Positions 41,987-52,539 of a stretch of DNA of 64,000 bases are shown piece after piece. Source of the DNA: a virus (taxonomy: Duplodnaviria; Caudoviricetes); the IMG/VR virus record IMGVR_UViG_3300044898_000016, positions 1 to 64,000 of that record; one strand, given 5' to 3'. Under the pieces are notes generated by a model. That model made no database searches. It saw only the letters and a list, made by a program, of their open reading frames with translations, and was not told the origin of the DNA. The translations under genes were made by a program, and so were the position numbers. How positions within the stretch are numbered: position 1 is the first letter of the stretch; each line of letters opens with the position of its first letter.

Positions 41987-44673
41987 CCCCTCCAAACCAA
42001 CTACAGCAGTCCCCCGCGCAACAGCCGCCGTCGGCTAATTTCGCCCCAACGAAGCCGTTGCTAGAACTGAAAGCCGGGGCTCGGCACCCTGATAGCTATA
42101 TCGCCAAAGCGTTAGCCGAACGGTTTAAGCACTTCCACCGCCGTGACCGTGACACGTTTCGTGAGATCACTAACGTCGGTCAGCTTATATCCCTTTTTTT
42201 TAATGGTAAACAGTATCCCGCTCGTAATCCAATCGACGGTTCGTGGGGCGTACTTCCCATCACAGGCGGCGGCGACTCATCTCGTCGGGCGCTGAATGTG
42301 ATGAACAATCTCAAGCAGAATCTTCTGACCAAATGGGAAAATTCTAGTCCTGACATTATCATCCGTCCCGGTCGCAATCTCGACACTTGTGCAAGTGCCG
42401 CTAAGTCTGCCGACGCGATAAATAATTTCTATGAGCGGCAATTCTACAACCATTGGTTCTCTCAACAAGAGGGGCTAATGGGAATGACTTTTGGTACATA
42501 CATCGACCGCTACCGACAAGATGACTCTAAGATCTCCATGTCAGTGTTACAGGATGTATTTGAGATGAAGCCTGTAACTATGGGCGAGGGGGCCGGGATG
42601 TGCGGGGACTGCGAGTACGGCGGGACCGCAAGTGAGTTTCAAGGTGGACTGGGGGGTGATGGGGCTATTGCGCAACCCAAGTGCCCTAACTGTCTATCTA
42701 CTGCTGTCACAGTTACCCCACCAGCCAGTGACAACATTCGTAGTATGTCGGGACAGCGCTCACAGCAAGTAGGCGATCTAGTGTGCGAGTTGCTACCGAT
42801 GCCCGCCTGTCGATGGGATCTGGCGCGGCGACCGGAGGATAGTAGCTGGTTTATTTACCGGCAACGGATTTCCAAGGGTTCGGTCACTCGCGTGCTGGGC
42901 AATGTGTTGTTGCCCCAAGGTGAAGGGGATAGTGATCATGGGTTGGATGTGCTCAGAGCGTTACAGCACGCGGGGCAAGCATTAGGTGGCAGTAGCAACT
43001 ACGGCAATCAGCGTCAAGGTGATGACAATGGCGACATTAAGGGTAGCGAAACTACATTCGATGAGATGTGGTTGGCACCCGATGATTATGCCGACATCAA
43101 TCTGATTGGCGACGAAAAAACTGTTAGTGGAGAATCTATCCCCAAGGGTAAACTTACCGACTACTTCCCCGATGGCTTGTGCGCAGTCGGCCTTAATGGG
43201 ATGGCGGTGGTGTTGGCCCTTTACGCTGAGAAGCATAGTGATCATATTGTATCGGGTACGTGGTTCACGCAAGCCCAAACAGGCAGTGGACGGGGACTGG
43301 CTGATTCAGTGGAAGTCCAACGTCAGTTCAATACGATGAATAACCAAGCTCGTACTTACATGAGCGCGACCTATACTCCTGCCATCGGTTACGATAACGC
43401 TATTTGGACGGGCAGTAAGATGAAGTATTTGGGTGATCCGCACACGAACATTCCGTTTGATCTGACGAAGCTGCCCGAGGGGCGTAAGCTTAGCGATTCT
43501 ATCTACCAGTTCCAGCCGACTGCAATGCCTGGGCAATTCTTTAATTACGCTCAGAATTTCCTGAACGTAATGTTCCAGAAAACTTCAATGGTGAGCGACT
43601 TCAGTAACGGTGAACCAGGTATCACCGCCCAAAATACCACGGCTACAGCAGCGGAGATCGACCAAGGTAATGCTGATTCTATTAATCAGCCAATCTTTTT
43701 AATCAAAGCTGACGCTCGCCGGCGTGGGGCGGAAATTACTATCAAACTATTTCGCCAGCACTTCCCGATGAAGCGGTATTTTGATCTAGGTGGGCGATAC
43801 GGACAGGTTCAAGGCGTGGAGTTGTCGTCAGCCGACTTGCAAAGCGATCTAGTGGTTGACGTTGTCCCTAACAGTGAGATGCCGAAAGGCCCATTCACGC
43901 AGAGGAAGAACCTGTCTACGTTATTTCAAATCACCGGAGGAGGCTTAGGCTACTCGCAACTGAAACAGGCCGATCCTAAGCTTGCATCAAACCTCACACA
44001 AGTATTTGACGTGGACATTGATTCCGATGTTGCAGATGACATCGCAGAACTTTGCCGCAAGCGGTTAAATCAGATGACGCAAGCATCCAAGGTTGGCGTT
44101 ACCGATCCAAAGATCTTACTACAAGCAATCGATCCACCAATTGACGACGCTGAACCGAGTCTCGACCAAAAGGCGAAATGGTTTAGCGAGGCGTTGGATT
44201 GGGATGAATTACAGGATGCCCCAATGCCATTGCGTCAAGCGTGCTCACTGCTGGCTAAGAGTCTATTCCAAGGCTCTGTGCAGCAACAGGCTCAGATGGC
44301 AGCAGGGGCGGGGATCGTGCAAACAGCAGCAGCAGCACCGGGGGCTTTGGGCCAGCAAGCCTTGGAAGCGAATCAACAACAAGAAGGTGAGCAGCCTCCA
44401 CAAATCGACCCCAACGCCGCGATGGGGATTCAGGCCGACCAGCAGGCCCAACAAGCGGACGCGGAGACTCAGGCCCAGCAGACCCAAGCCGACGCAATGG
44501 AGAGTGACGCGGCTAGGCAGCATGAGGCAAGTGAGAGCGCCAAGCAAAGAGATCACGAGCTAAAAGTGAAAGCAGAGGATGCGAAGTTAAAGGCTAAGGA
44601 ACACGCAAACAAGGTGACGTTAGCGAGGATGAAACCTAAGCCCAAACCAGCAGCGAAAGGAAAGATGCAATGA
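41983..44673 (+). CDS. Portal protein
   Basis: 896-aa ORF after terL, with IIIRP...AKSADAINNFY pattern and Gln-rich C-terminal tail as in podovirus portals. Confidence 0.8.
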   Translation: MTPPNQLQQSPAQQPPSANFAPTKPLLELKAGARHPDSYIAKALAERFKHFHRRDRDTFREITNVGQLISLFFNGKQYPARNPIDGSWGVLPITGGGDSSRRALNVMNNLKQNLLTKWENSSPDIIIRPGRNLDTCASAAKSADAINNFYERQFYNHWFSQQEGLMGMTFGTYIDRYRQDDSKISMSVLQDVFEMKPVTMGEGAGMCGDCEYGGTASEFQGGLGGDGAIAQPKCPNCLSTAVTVTPPASDNIRSMSGQRSQQVGDLVCELLPMPACRWDLARRPEDSSWFIYRQRISKGSVTRVLGNVLLPQGEGDSDHGLDVLRALQHAGQALGGSSNYGNQRQGDDNGDIKGSETTFDEMWLAPDDYADINLIGDEKTVSGESIPKGKLTDYFPDGLCAVGLNGMAVVLALYAEKHSDHIVSGTWFTQAQTGSGRGLADSVEVQRQFNTMNNQARTYMSATYTPAIGYDNAIWTGSKMKYLGDPHTNIPFDLTKLPEGRKLSDSIYQFQPTAMPGQFFNYAQNFLNVMFQKTSMVSDFSNGEPGITAQNTTATAAEIDQGNADSINQPIFLIKADARRRGAEITIKLFRQHFPMKRYFDLGGRYGQVQGVELSSADLQSDLVVDVVPNSEMPKGPFTQRKNLSTLFQITGGGLGYSQLKQADPKLASNLTQVFDVDIDSDVADDIAELCRKRLNQMTQASKVGVTDPKILLQAIDPPIDDAEPSLDQKAKWFSEALDWDELQDAPMPLRQACSLLAKSLFQGSVQQQAQMAAGAGIVQTAAAAPGALGQQALEANQQQEGEQPPQIDPNAAMGIQADQQAQQADAETQAQQTQADAMESDAARQHEASESAKQRDHELKVKAEDAKLKAKEHANKVTLARMKPKPKPAAKGKMQ

Positions 44674-44939
44674 AGTGTGAATACTGCAACCGTTCCGCGT
44701 ATATGAACGACGGCGCAACGTGCGCGGGATGTGGCGCTCCGCTGTCTAGTCCTGCAACACCGTCAATAATGTACGATCCCCAAGTGTTTGCTACTGACAT
44801 GGCGCGATGCTTGGGGCAACCGAGTGTAAATATCCCTGTAAACATGCAGCAATTGCAGGGCGAACGGCTATCAGATTGGCACTCAATTCTTCAGGGTGCG
44901 GCAAGTGTGGGCGCAACTCTAGCGAGGATTCGATGGTAA
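44670..44939 (+). CDS. Small zinc-ribbon protein
   Basis: CEYC...CAGCGAP. Confidence 0.55.
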   Translation: MKCEYCNRSAYMNDGATCAGCGAPLSSPATPSIMYDPQVFATDMARCLGQPSVNIPVNMQQLQGERLSDWHSILQGAASVGATLARIRW

Positions 44940-45142
44940 TGGAGCCTAACCTCGAACTCGTCCGCAGCAAGCTTACAGTCAAATTCTTGGCTGAGCACTC
45001 AACCTTGCCTGATGCGGAATCCCTACTTCGTTCGCTCCGTGAAACGGTAACTTATTTAGAGCGCCGGATAGCGAGAGAGAAAATTTTGAACCATAAGGCC
45101 GTACTCGTGGTAGTATCTGGGGTAGAGGCAAAGGCTTCTTGA
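44939..45142 (+). CDS. Hypothetical protein
   Basis: TAATG-coupled ORF. Confidence 0.45.
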   Translation: MEPNLELVRSKLTVKFLAEHSTLPDAESLLRSLRETVTYLERRIAREKILNHKAVLVVVSGVEAKAS

Positions 45143-45405
45143 GTGGCCGCGATTCGTGCCACGAATGCCTTAGTGGGCATGCCCAAGCTAATGAAGAGTT
45201 TAAGAAACTTGCACGGCCACCGGACAACGAATCCTATCTGTGGCAGGTGGGTGCCCAATAACCCCATCACCGGAAGAAGTCTGAACCTTTGACAACTTAA
45301 CCTTAGCGGGGTGAATATCCGCAGGGCCGAGAGAGTTAATCAGTTTGAGAAATCAGATTGATTGGCTGTCTCGGCTTTTCATTGGTAAAGCCGTTAAAGA
45401 ACACT

Positions 45406-46911
45406 ATGAAAAACAAACTAAACCTACTGTCATTCCTGCTTCCGCTCTTTGAGATGGAAGTTAGTGGTGGCGGGGGTGATGTAGGGTCTGCTCCAGACCC
45501 AGCGGTAATAGCCGCCGTCGACTCATCATCGGCACCCACGGAGTCTCCTTCTGCTGATAGCAACGCTGACGACGTAACCGTCGGAGGACAGCAAGCGACT
45601 GAGGTCCAAGGTGAGGTCGATCCTCTCAAGGATGTTCCTACACTTGCCGAGTTGCAAGAGCAGGTAGCCCAAAAGGTTCCCCATGCTCAAGCGCTCGCCA
45701 ACCTTCGGGCCGCTTATGAGGGTGTCAAGCCGCAACTAGACGAGTACAAAGCATTTGAGCCGTGGAAAGAAGTGGTGCAAGCCATTGGCGATCCACAACA
45801 GGCCCAACTTGCTCATGAACTTGTCGGGTTGCTGCATAGTAAAGTAGTCACGAATGGCGTTGAGGAAATCACTAGTCGGCCCTTTTTGGAACGACTGGAA
45901 TCCGAGAGTCCCGGTACGGTTGACCAAATCTTTGCGGATTTGCTTACCTATCAGGTTCCCGGCGAGAACGGCCAGATGGATACGCTGGTTCGCCAGTTGT
46001 ATCGATCGCACGGCCTAAATCCTGACCGCTTGGATGACTACCGCAACATTGACACGCTCCGCGCTTCAGGGGTCGTAACGGATGCCGACCTCAGTGGAAT
46101 CCCTGATAAGTTTCATGCTGCGTTCAAAGCACTATCGGCGACCCAACGCGAGGATATTCTTGCGCAAAAGTCTACCGACGGTAATTTTCCTGCTGTAACG
46201 CTGGACTACTTGCAAGACAAGGCTGAAGCCTTGGAAGCGCGTAGCTGGCGGGAGAAGGATGAGGATACTAAGCGGCAGTCCGCCGAACAGTCTCAGGCCC
46301 AATTCAAACAGCAAGTGGCAGCGGCAACCGAGCAGGACATTGCTACTGAAGTTCATTCTATTCACGATTCCATCCTACAAAATCTGTCGTCACAGTTTAC
46401 GTTTTCAAGTGACGCGGCTGTTAATTCGCTCGAACACAGCAAGATCATGGCAACGCTCGCAACGCTACAGAATCCGGCTTACCGATTCGTGGCAGAGGAA
46501 GCGTTGAAGGCCGTTGGGGTTACTCTCAATGGCTTTGATGAACTTACTAATCGCTGGGAAGACAGGCGCAGTGCGTACACGCAATACAAGGCATATGGAG
46601 ATAACTTGCAGGCTAATCGGGCGCTCTCAGAAGCAACCGCAGCCAAGCAACAAATCCTCGCCAAGTTGAACGACTACGCGCTGAAACTTGCCAAGGCCAG
46701 CGGTGAACGAGCAGCAACAGCAGCAGACGCTGTGAACGGACAACTAGAGACGGCAACGGCGCGTTTCGTGCCGGCGGGGAGTGGGGCGGTGCAGGGCAAT
46801 AACAACCCTTACGCCAACAACCCTCACCCAGTTGGTTCGCAGGAGTATTACGCTTACAACCGAAATTTGGATAAGCAGTACAAACTCACTAACGCGTCGG
46901 TCTTCAGTTAA
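45406..46911 (+). CDS. Capsid scaffolding protein
   Basis: Acidic helical protein directly before the capsid gene. Confidence 0.65.
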   Translation: MKNKLNLLSFLLPLFEMEVSGGGGDVGSAPDPAVIAAVDSSSAPTESPSADSNADDVTVGGQQATEVQGEVDPLKDVPTLAELQEQVAQKVPHAQALANLRAAYEGVKPQLDEYKAFEPWKEVVQAIGDPQQAQLAHELVGLLHSKVVTNGVEEITSRPFLERLESESPGTVDQIFADLLTYQVPGENGQMDTLVRQLYRSHGLNPDRLDDYRNIDTLRASGVVTDADLSGIPDKFHAAFKALSATQREDILAQKSTDGNFPAVTLDYLQDKAEALEARSWREKDEDTKRQSAEQSQAQFKQQVAAATEQDIATEVHSIHDSILQNLSSQFTFSSDAAVNSLEHSKIMATLATLQNPAYRFVAEEALKAVGVTLNGFDELTNRWEDRRSAYTQYKAYGDNLQANRALSEATAAKQQILAKLNDYALKLAKASGERAATAADAVNGQLETATARFVPAGSGAVQGNNNPYANNPHPVGSQEYYAYNRNLDKQYKLTNASVFS

Positions 46912-46924
46912 AAGGAGAATCGAC

Positions 46925-48202
46925 ATGGGAGCAGTAGTATTCAGTCAGATCACTGACCTAAAACGACAGGCAGTGGAAAATGATGTTCGTATGTTCTACG
47001 AGAACAACGATCCGGGGATGCGTGCGTTTGGTAAGGCAGTAGATAAGCCGAAATTGACAGAAAAAGGTTATCGCCTACCCGATTACTCACGCCGCCCGAC
47101 TGGTATGACATGGTTCACGCCAGACAACAGCGACTTCAATACCGCCAACGGCCCGCAAACGGTCAGTATGTGGGTTTATCCCACGATGTCTGCGTGGCCG
47201 ATGATTTGGACAGGTTCGGCCATTGAGTCAATGGAGAACGACACGGAAGACAACGTGCAGTCCTACGATCAGGTGATGGTGCAATACACCGAAACCTTCC
47301 GTAAGCGGATGAATCAGTATTTCTATGGCACCGGCAATGCTGCGGTAGCGTATTCCGCGTCAACAATCAGTTCACTAGGATCGCAAACCCTGGCAGGTAC
47401 TACCACCGCCGCAACCACGCCCGGACAGACCAAGGGAACGATGTGGCTTTGGGAGCAGGAATTCTATCAGGCGATTAACGCCTCTACAGGAGCGGTTCGC
47501 GGCACGTTCGTCGTCACCACGGCGGGCACGTCGTCCTGTACGATCAACCTGCTGTCCGGCACTATCACGTCAGGCGATCCAATCGTCATTCAGGGTAGTT
47601 ACCAGTTAGCAATGCGTGGTATTGGTTGGCTTAATAGCGACCAGAACCGCGTGTTGCAGGGGTTGGATACGTCCGTATACACCGACCTTAATGCTCCGGT
47701 AGTTGACCTCGTCGGTGCGTTACTCACGCCGGCTGCAATCGAGAACGCTAAGGCACTGTTGCAGACCCGTAATAACGCAGTGGACGCTAAAAACAACCTG
47801 ACCGCATTCCTATCATGGGGTCAATACTCCACGATTCGCAAGCAGGGCTATAACCTTGGTTACTATCTCCGCGAAGATGCTGGTAGCGACACTATGAAGG
47901 GCGTACAGGGTGATTACACCGACGGCGATACTCGATTCATCTGTGACACCGACATGGACGAGGATCGGGTGTATTTCTGCAAGACTAGCGACTACAAAAT
48001 CTACGAGATGAAGCCTTACGGAAAATACAACCGTGACGGACTGAACTCTCGTATGTTGCTTGGCGCGAACCAGACGGGTTCAGATAATTGGCAGAGCGCG
48101 CTCGGCTGGAAAGGGGCACCGGCCACACTATCGGCGCGAGGCTCTGCTTTCATTAAACGCAGTCAACTCCCATATGCAACCGCCGTCTCCGCTGGCCTGT
48201 AA
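46925..48202 (+). CDS. Major capsid protein
   Basis: AAGGAG SD; 425 aa; position after the scaffold; followed by a terminator. Confidence 0.8.
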   Translation: MGAVVFSQITDLKRQAVENDVRMFYENNDPGMRAFGKAVDKPKLTEKGYRLPDYSRRPTGMTWFTPDNSDFNTANGPQTVSMWVYPTMSAWPMIWTGSAIESMENDTEDNVQSYDQVMVQYTETFRKRMNQYFYGTGNAAVAYSASTISSLGSQTLAGTTTAATTPGQTKGTMWLWEQEFYQAINASTGAVRGTFVVTTAGTSSCTINLLSGTITSGDPIVIQGSYQLAMRGIGWLNSDQNRVLQGLDTSVYTDLNAPVVDLVGALLTPAAIENAKALLQTRNNAVDAKNNLTAFLSWGQYSTIRKQGYNLGYYLREDAGSDTMKGVQGDYTDGDTRFICDTDMDEDRVYFCKTSDYKIYEMKPYGKYNRDGLNSRMLLGANQTGSDNWQSALGWKGAPATLSARGSAFIKRSQLPYATAVSAGL

Positions 48203-48220
48203 TTCACTTTTGACGGTTCC

Positions 48221-48249
48221 GGGGCGTCCGCTAAAACGCCCCATCTTTT
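48221..48249 (+). terminator. Intrinsic terminator after the capsid gene
   Basis: GGGGCGT/ACGCCCC stem followed by ATCTTTT. Confidence 0.55.
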
Positions 48250-48928
48250 AATGTTCTTTGACAACTAAACCAATTGCTTGTTCAAGGGTCCAAAGTGTGG
48301 GCCTGCTTAGTCGGTCGTAAATCTTCGCCCGACTAACTCCGGTACGCTCAGACCATTCAGCTACCGACAACGTCTCGCTATTAATCGTCACCATGCGATT
48401 GCTTCTGGTGTTGCGATTTTGCTCCGTGCGCGTAGCCCATCGGAAGTTATCCGGATGGTAGTCACCATTCTTGTCCGGATAGCGATCAATGGAGTGAGTT
48501 TTTGAGGGCGGTATTCCCACGTCAGCACGGAAGGACTCGAAACTATGCCACCGTTCACATACAGCTATGCCGCGACCGCCATAGTTATGGTACGAATCAC
48601 ATTTAGGGTTGTAGCATCGACGATGCATTTGTCGGAAGATCGCATAAAGCCTTGTCCCTGAAAGTCCGTGGATGAAATTCTGGCGAGGCTGCTCAGCGTT
48701 ATAGCATCCGCAGGACTTGATTCTACTGTTAAGCAGTTGACTTGCTCTGACAATCCAAATAATGCCGCAGTCGCACTTACAGAGCCAGAACGCGCCTGCT
48801 TTTCTTTTCATGCCAAGGAATGCTAAAGGGGTGACGCGGGTAAATTTGACGCCGATAAGGTTGTTGACCCGGTCAGGCGAAATTGGTTTACGAAGTTGCT
48901 TGAGAATTGTAAAGTTAGTTTCAGGCAT
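48248..48928 (-). CDS. HNH homing endonuclease (antisense insertion)
   Basis: WLCKCDCG...SCGC, YHNYGGRGIAVCERW, SIDRYPDKNGDYHPDNFRWAT...NRNTRSN. Confidence 0.93.
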   Translation of the reverse strand: MPETNFTILKQLRKPISPDRVNNLIGVKFTRVTPLAFLGMKRKAGAFWLCKCDCGIIWIVRASQLLNSRIKSCGCYNAEQPRQNFIHGLSGTRLYAIFRQMHRRCYNPKCDSYHNYGGRGIAVCERWHSFESFRADVGIPPSKTHSIDRYPDKNGDYHPDNFRWATRTEQNRNTRSNRMVTINSETLSVAEWSERTGVSRAKIYDRLSRPTLWTLEQAIGLVVKEH

Positions 48929-49075
48929 TTAACGTTTCCTTTGACGATTAGATGTTGAATGTTCGGGGCCGCGAAAGGTGACTCTTTCGTGGCTCCATTA
49001 AAGTGATTTTATCACAAAAGCGCTAGAGCTGCCCGCGCTTCGCAATCGGCGGCATTGACTCTAAAGGAGAAAATC

Positions 49076-49816
49076 ATGTCACTCTGGAATACACCGAACA
49101 TTGTTGGGGTTGCCGTGCAGACGGGTAACTACACGGTACTCAGCAACACGGACTCTGTGCCGTTTCTAATCACGACGGCGGCAACGGCCACGCTTCCCTC
49201 CACTTCTGGATTGTATGCGGGGCAAGTCTTGTCCAACCGCACTGGCGGGCAAGGAATTGTTTTCATTCAAAACTCCGCGTCATCTACTGCGAATGTCACT
49301 GTAGCAGCGGGAAGCGGTGATGCTATTGTTGGTAATTCAGTAGCGGCTCCGGGACAGGTTCTTAAGTTTGAAAGTAACGGATTTGGCACTTGGTACGGTT
49401 CGGTTTATGGAACGACCGTGGGTGGGGCTAGTCCACAGACGGCGGTTGTGCCGTTGACCTCCGCTGCCATTCTGGCGGGCAACTCTACGCCATTTCAGTT
49501 GATTGCCGCACCCGGAGCGGGCAAGGCAATTCGCGTAATGGACTTAGGGTTGAAATTTACCGCCGCAACTCAGTATGCCAACGGTGGCGCGTTAGAGTTT
49601 CGTTACACTGACGCGTCTGGTACGAAAGTTACCGCTGATTTAGCTTCGGCTATTATCACGAGCGCGAGCGGCACGTCCTATACCAATGTCGAGGGTATTG
49701 AGGCGAGTCTTACGCTAACCGTTAACGCGGGAATTTTCATGGCAGTGGCCTCGGCCCCGTTTATCACAGGAACGGGGAGTGGAACTTTTTACATTACCTA
49801 TCGAGTAATCGGCTAA
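49076..49816 (+). CDS. Head decoration/virion structural protein
   Basis: AAGGAG SD; Thr/Gly-rich beta-type sequence after the capsid gene. Confidence 0.6.
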   Translation: MSLWNTPNIVGVAVQTGNYTVLSNTDSVPFLITTAATATLPSTSGLYAGQVLSNRTGGQGIVFIQNSASSTANVTVAAGSGDAIVGNSVAAPGQVLKFESNGFGTWYGSVYGTTVGGASPQTAVVPLTSAAILAGNSTPFQLIAAPGAGKAIRVMDLGLKFTAATQYANGGALEFRYTDASGTKVTADLASAIITSASGTSYTNVEGIEASLTLTVNAGIFMAVASAPFITGTGSGTFYITYRVIG

Positions 49817-50668
49817 ATGGACGACTCGCCATACAATGATGCGCGCCGCTGGGCCGATGCCGGCATCTACAAGCCTCCGCTATTCGATGCGAAGCAATAT
49901 CAGAAGCGTATCGATCGAATAGTCGGTGTCAGTCCATCGGGTGCGTCAATCGTCCGCCTCTCGTGGGCATGGGATGCACGCAAGTACGAGAACACAAGTT
50001 GGGACGAGTACGGGGTAGCTACCGCTGGAGAATGGCGACAGAAGTACCGCGCACTGACTATTGATATTGGTAACGATGATTACGTGGATATTGCCCCGCC
50101 ACGTTGGATACTTGAAGAACGGTTTGAGCCTGAAGCCATTGCACAGAGCTGGGAGCTTACACGTTATCGCAAGATCGTTACAGGTACACCACCATTAATA
50201 TGCCCATCGTGCCACACGTTTAAGTGGATCAGTGTTGACCAGAGTGAGGGACACTTACTTGTCTGTCGTTTCTGTAGCGAGTACCACGAACTCGCTACAG
50301 TGAATCAGGATGTTTGGGGGCCGGTCCCGCGTGAAGGTTGGTACAACATGCTGCCTTATGTAGGGATTATCGCCGATCACGCAAATGGGTGCTGCAAACG
50401 GCTATGGGACGAGTCGAGAGAGATTTGCTACGGTACATACAAGGAACCCGACGGACGAGAATTAAAACGGTTAAAGAAGGCTGTTCAGCTTCGAAGTAAA
50501 GAGGCCGCTACCAACCCACATATTGCCCCCGAGTTGGATGAAGTGGCCTTACAACAAGCAAAAGTGTGGGGATTGCAAATGATGCGGGACAAGGAAGTCC
50601 GCAGACGAAATGAGTTAGTGGAAATACGTCACCACCACCGGCCTACAAACAATCGAGTTTACGCATAG
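49817..50668 (+). CDS. Hypothetical morphogenesis-module protein with zinc finger
   Basis: CPSCH...CRFC. Confidence 0.65.
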   Translation: MDDSPYNDARRWADAGIYKPPLFDAKQYQKRIDRIVGVSPSGASIVRLSWAWDARKYENTSWDEYGVATAGEWRQKYRALTIDIGNDDYVDIAPPRWILEERFEPEAIAQSWELTRYRKIVTGTPPLICPSCHTFKWISVDQSEGHLLVCRFCSEYHELATVNQDVWGPVPREGWYNMLPYVGIIADHANGCCKRLWDESREICYGTYKEPDGRELKRLKKAVQLRSKEAATNPHIAPELDEVALQQAKVWGLQMMRDKEVRRRNELVEIRHHHRPTNNRVYA

Positions 50669-50677
50669 GAGAAAACA

Positions 50678-51766
50678 ATGTCCGCAATGTTAGAAGAACG
50701 AGTCAAGCCAGAGATATTTGGTGGAGTTGGATATTTCGATAAGCGCGTAGTCGGGGCGAACGTCGTCCGTTGGGTGGGATACCCACTTGACCTAATCGTC
50801 CCTGAACGCAAGGCCGAAATTTCATGGTTGCGGGCGGGCGGTGAAGAGACCCCTAATCCATGTCTACAGCGATACGGGCGTGGGTTTGTACCGCGCGGCC
50901 TGTCATCCATCCTTGAGATGGGTGGGGAGCCAATCCCTATGCGTCACCTGGGCGACTTGCAAGCCGTAGCGTGGCAGGGTATTCCACTAAACGAAGATGC
51001 GGTCAAGAATAAGTTTGGATTTGTCCCTGTGTACCCCGGCGACGGGTTGCGGGTACTACGCCGCTACGCCATGAACTCAGGCGGTTCGCGCAAGGGCATG
51101 GACGAGATTACAGCGCTATTGGGCAAAGAATGGGATGAGTGCCACAACGACGAAGGCACGGGAATTCTCGACGTGATCGAAACGGCGATGTTTGGTGATG
51201 GCATGGCGAAGACGTTAAGAGGGCTTGAGGAACAAATTAAGTCTGCTGTTATCACCGATTCCCGCGTTGATATTGGTAAGTATAAGGCCGAATGGTTGAC
51301 CCTCTGTAATGACGCTCGCAATTGGGCGACTCGCATGGTCAGCGTGGAACATGGGCTACTGAAAACTGGACATGTTGGTGAGTGGCAAGGTGGTCACTCG
51401 TACTCGTATTCTCCTATAGTGGAGATGTTGCTTGAGCAACTTGAGATCCCCCGTCAAGATCAACCGCTACAGGAAATGTCCCGCATGGTAGCATCGATGA
51501 ACAATCAGGCGCAGCCCTCGCCGGGGATGTCCGCCGCCGATATGGACATCTTTGAGCGCCGCATGGATGAGAAACTGGCACTAGCACGGCAAGCGGATGC
51601 GGAGAAGATCGCTGAGCTTGAGGCAAAGCTGGCTGCGAATGTGGCACGTGAAACGTCAGAAGAGTTTGTATGTTCAGGGCCGGATTGTGGGTATACCGCC
51701 AAGTCCGTTGCTGGCAAGCTTGCCCATGAACGCCATTGCAAGGCGATGAATCCTACGAGCGAGTAG
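50678..51766 (+). CDS. Hypothetical protein with C-terminal C2H2-like finger
   Basis: CSGPDC...HERHC. Confidence 0.65.
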   Translation: MSAMLEERVKPEIFGGVGYFDKRVVGANVVRWVGYPLDLIVPERKAEISWLRAGGEETPNPCLQRYGRGFVPRGLSSILEMGGEPIPMRHLGDLQAVAWQGIPLNEDAVKNKFGFVPVYPGDGLRVLRRYAMNSGGSRKGMDEITALLGKEWDECHNDEGTGILDVIETAMFGDGMAKTLRGLEEQIKSAVITDSRVDIGKYKAEWLTLCNDARNWATRMVSVEHGLLKTGHVGEWQGGHSYSYSPIVEMLLEQLEIPRQDQPLQEMSRMVASMNNQAQPSPGMSAADMDIFERRMDEKLALARQADAEKIAELEAKLAANVARETSEEFVCSGPDCGYTAKSVAGKLAHERHCKAMNPTSE

Positions 51767-51777
51767 AGGGGTGATGC

Positions 51778-52539
51778 GTGGCGACAGTTCAAAGCATGTG
51801 TGGGGTCGTCCGTACTTTAGCGGACGATCCCTTACCGCAAAAGCCGTCAATGCGGCGGATTCTCACCGCTGTCACGCAGGCCACGCAGAGCTTTTATTCA
51901 AAATTGGAAGAAACGGGCCAGCCTTGGAGCCTCAAGCAAGACTATATGCTTAACGTGTCGTCCAATACGGCTGACTATTTACTCAGTCTGGACGATTCAT
52001 ACGGTAAGCCACTTCAAGTACTCACCTACTACCCTCAAAATCCTTCTTACGTTCAGCGTCAGGTAGAGTTCGTAGAGTTCGCGGATATGAACTTTAACTG
52101 GCCGTTTCCTGTGAACATGGCGTCATGGTTGTGGACGGACGGTTCCAACTGCACGGCTATGCGCATGGCGTTCTATAAGCAAGATGACGGTTCAAGCTGG
52201 GTGCGAGTATTACCTCAACCTCAACTAGCAGCAAGTTATTTAATCAGCTACTCAAGTGGCGACTGGGCTAGTCAGATGGCACTGGAAAATTCGCCAGTGC
52301 TCACTCAGTTTCACCCGTTGGTAGAAACATGGGCCACGCAATCAGTATTGCCATCGTGCCAATGGTTAGCCGACCAGAAGTACAACATGGCGCATCGAGA
52401 TGAAATTGCGCGAGCGTTGGAAAATGACCGTGTGCGACTAGAAGATGACTTTGACCGCTATCGACGCTACATGGTGGATGATCACATGGGGATTCGTCGC
52501 TCATGTTTTGACGGCGAAGACGTTGGAACGTGGATGTAA
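51778..52539 (+). CDS. Head-tail adaptor-like protein
   Basis: MATVQSMCGVVRTLADD N-terminal pattern; position. Confidence 0.6.
   Translation: MATVQSMCGVVRTLADDPLPQKPSMRRILTAVTQATQSFYSKLEETGQPWSLKQDYMLNVSSNTADYLLSLDDSYGKPLQVLTYYPQNPSYVQRQVEFVEFADMNFNWPFPVNMASWLWTDGSNCTAMRMAFYKQDDGSSWVRVLPQPQLAASYLISYSSGDWASQMALENSPVLTQFHPLVETWATQSVLPSCQWLADQKYNMAHRDEIARALENDRVRLEDDFDRYRRYMVDDHMGIRRSCFDGEDVGTWM

Noticed and set aside
49003-49058. Stranded capsid C-terminus beyond the 48248 HNH (SDFITKALELP vs SAFIKRSQLP)
   Set aside because: The similarity is too short and needs gaps; it cannot be separated from chance without an alignment to homologs.
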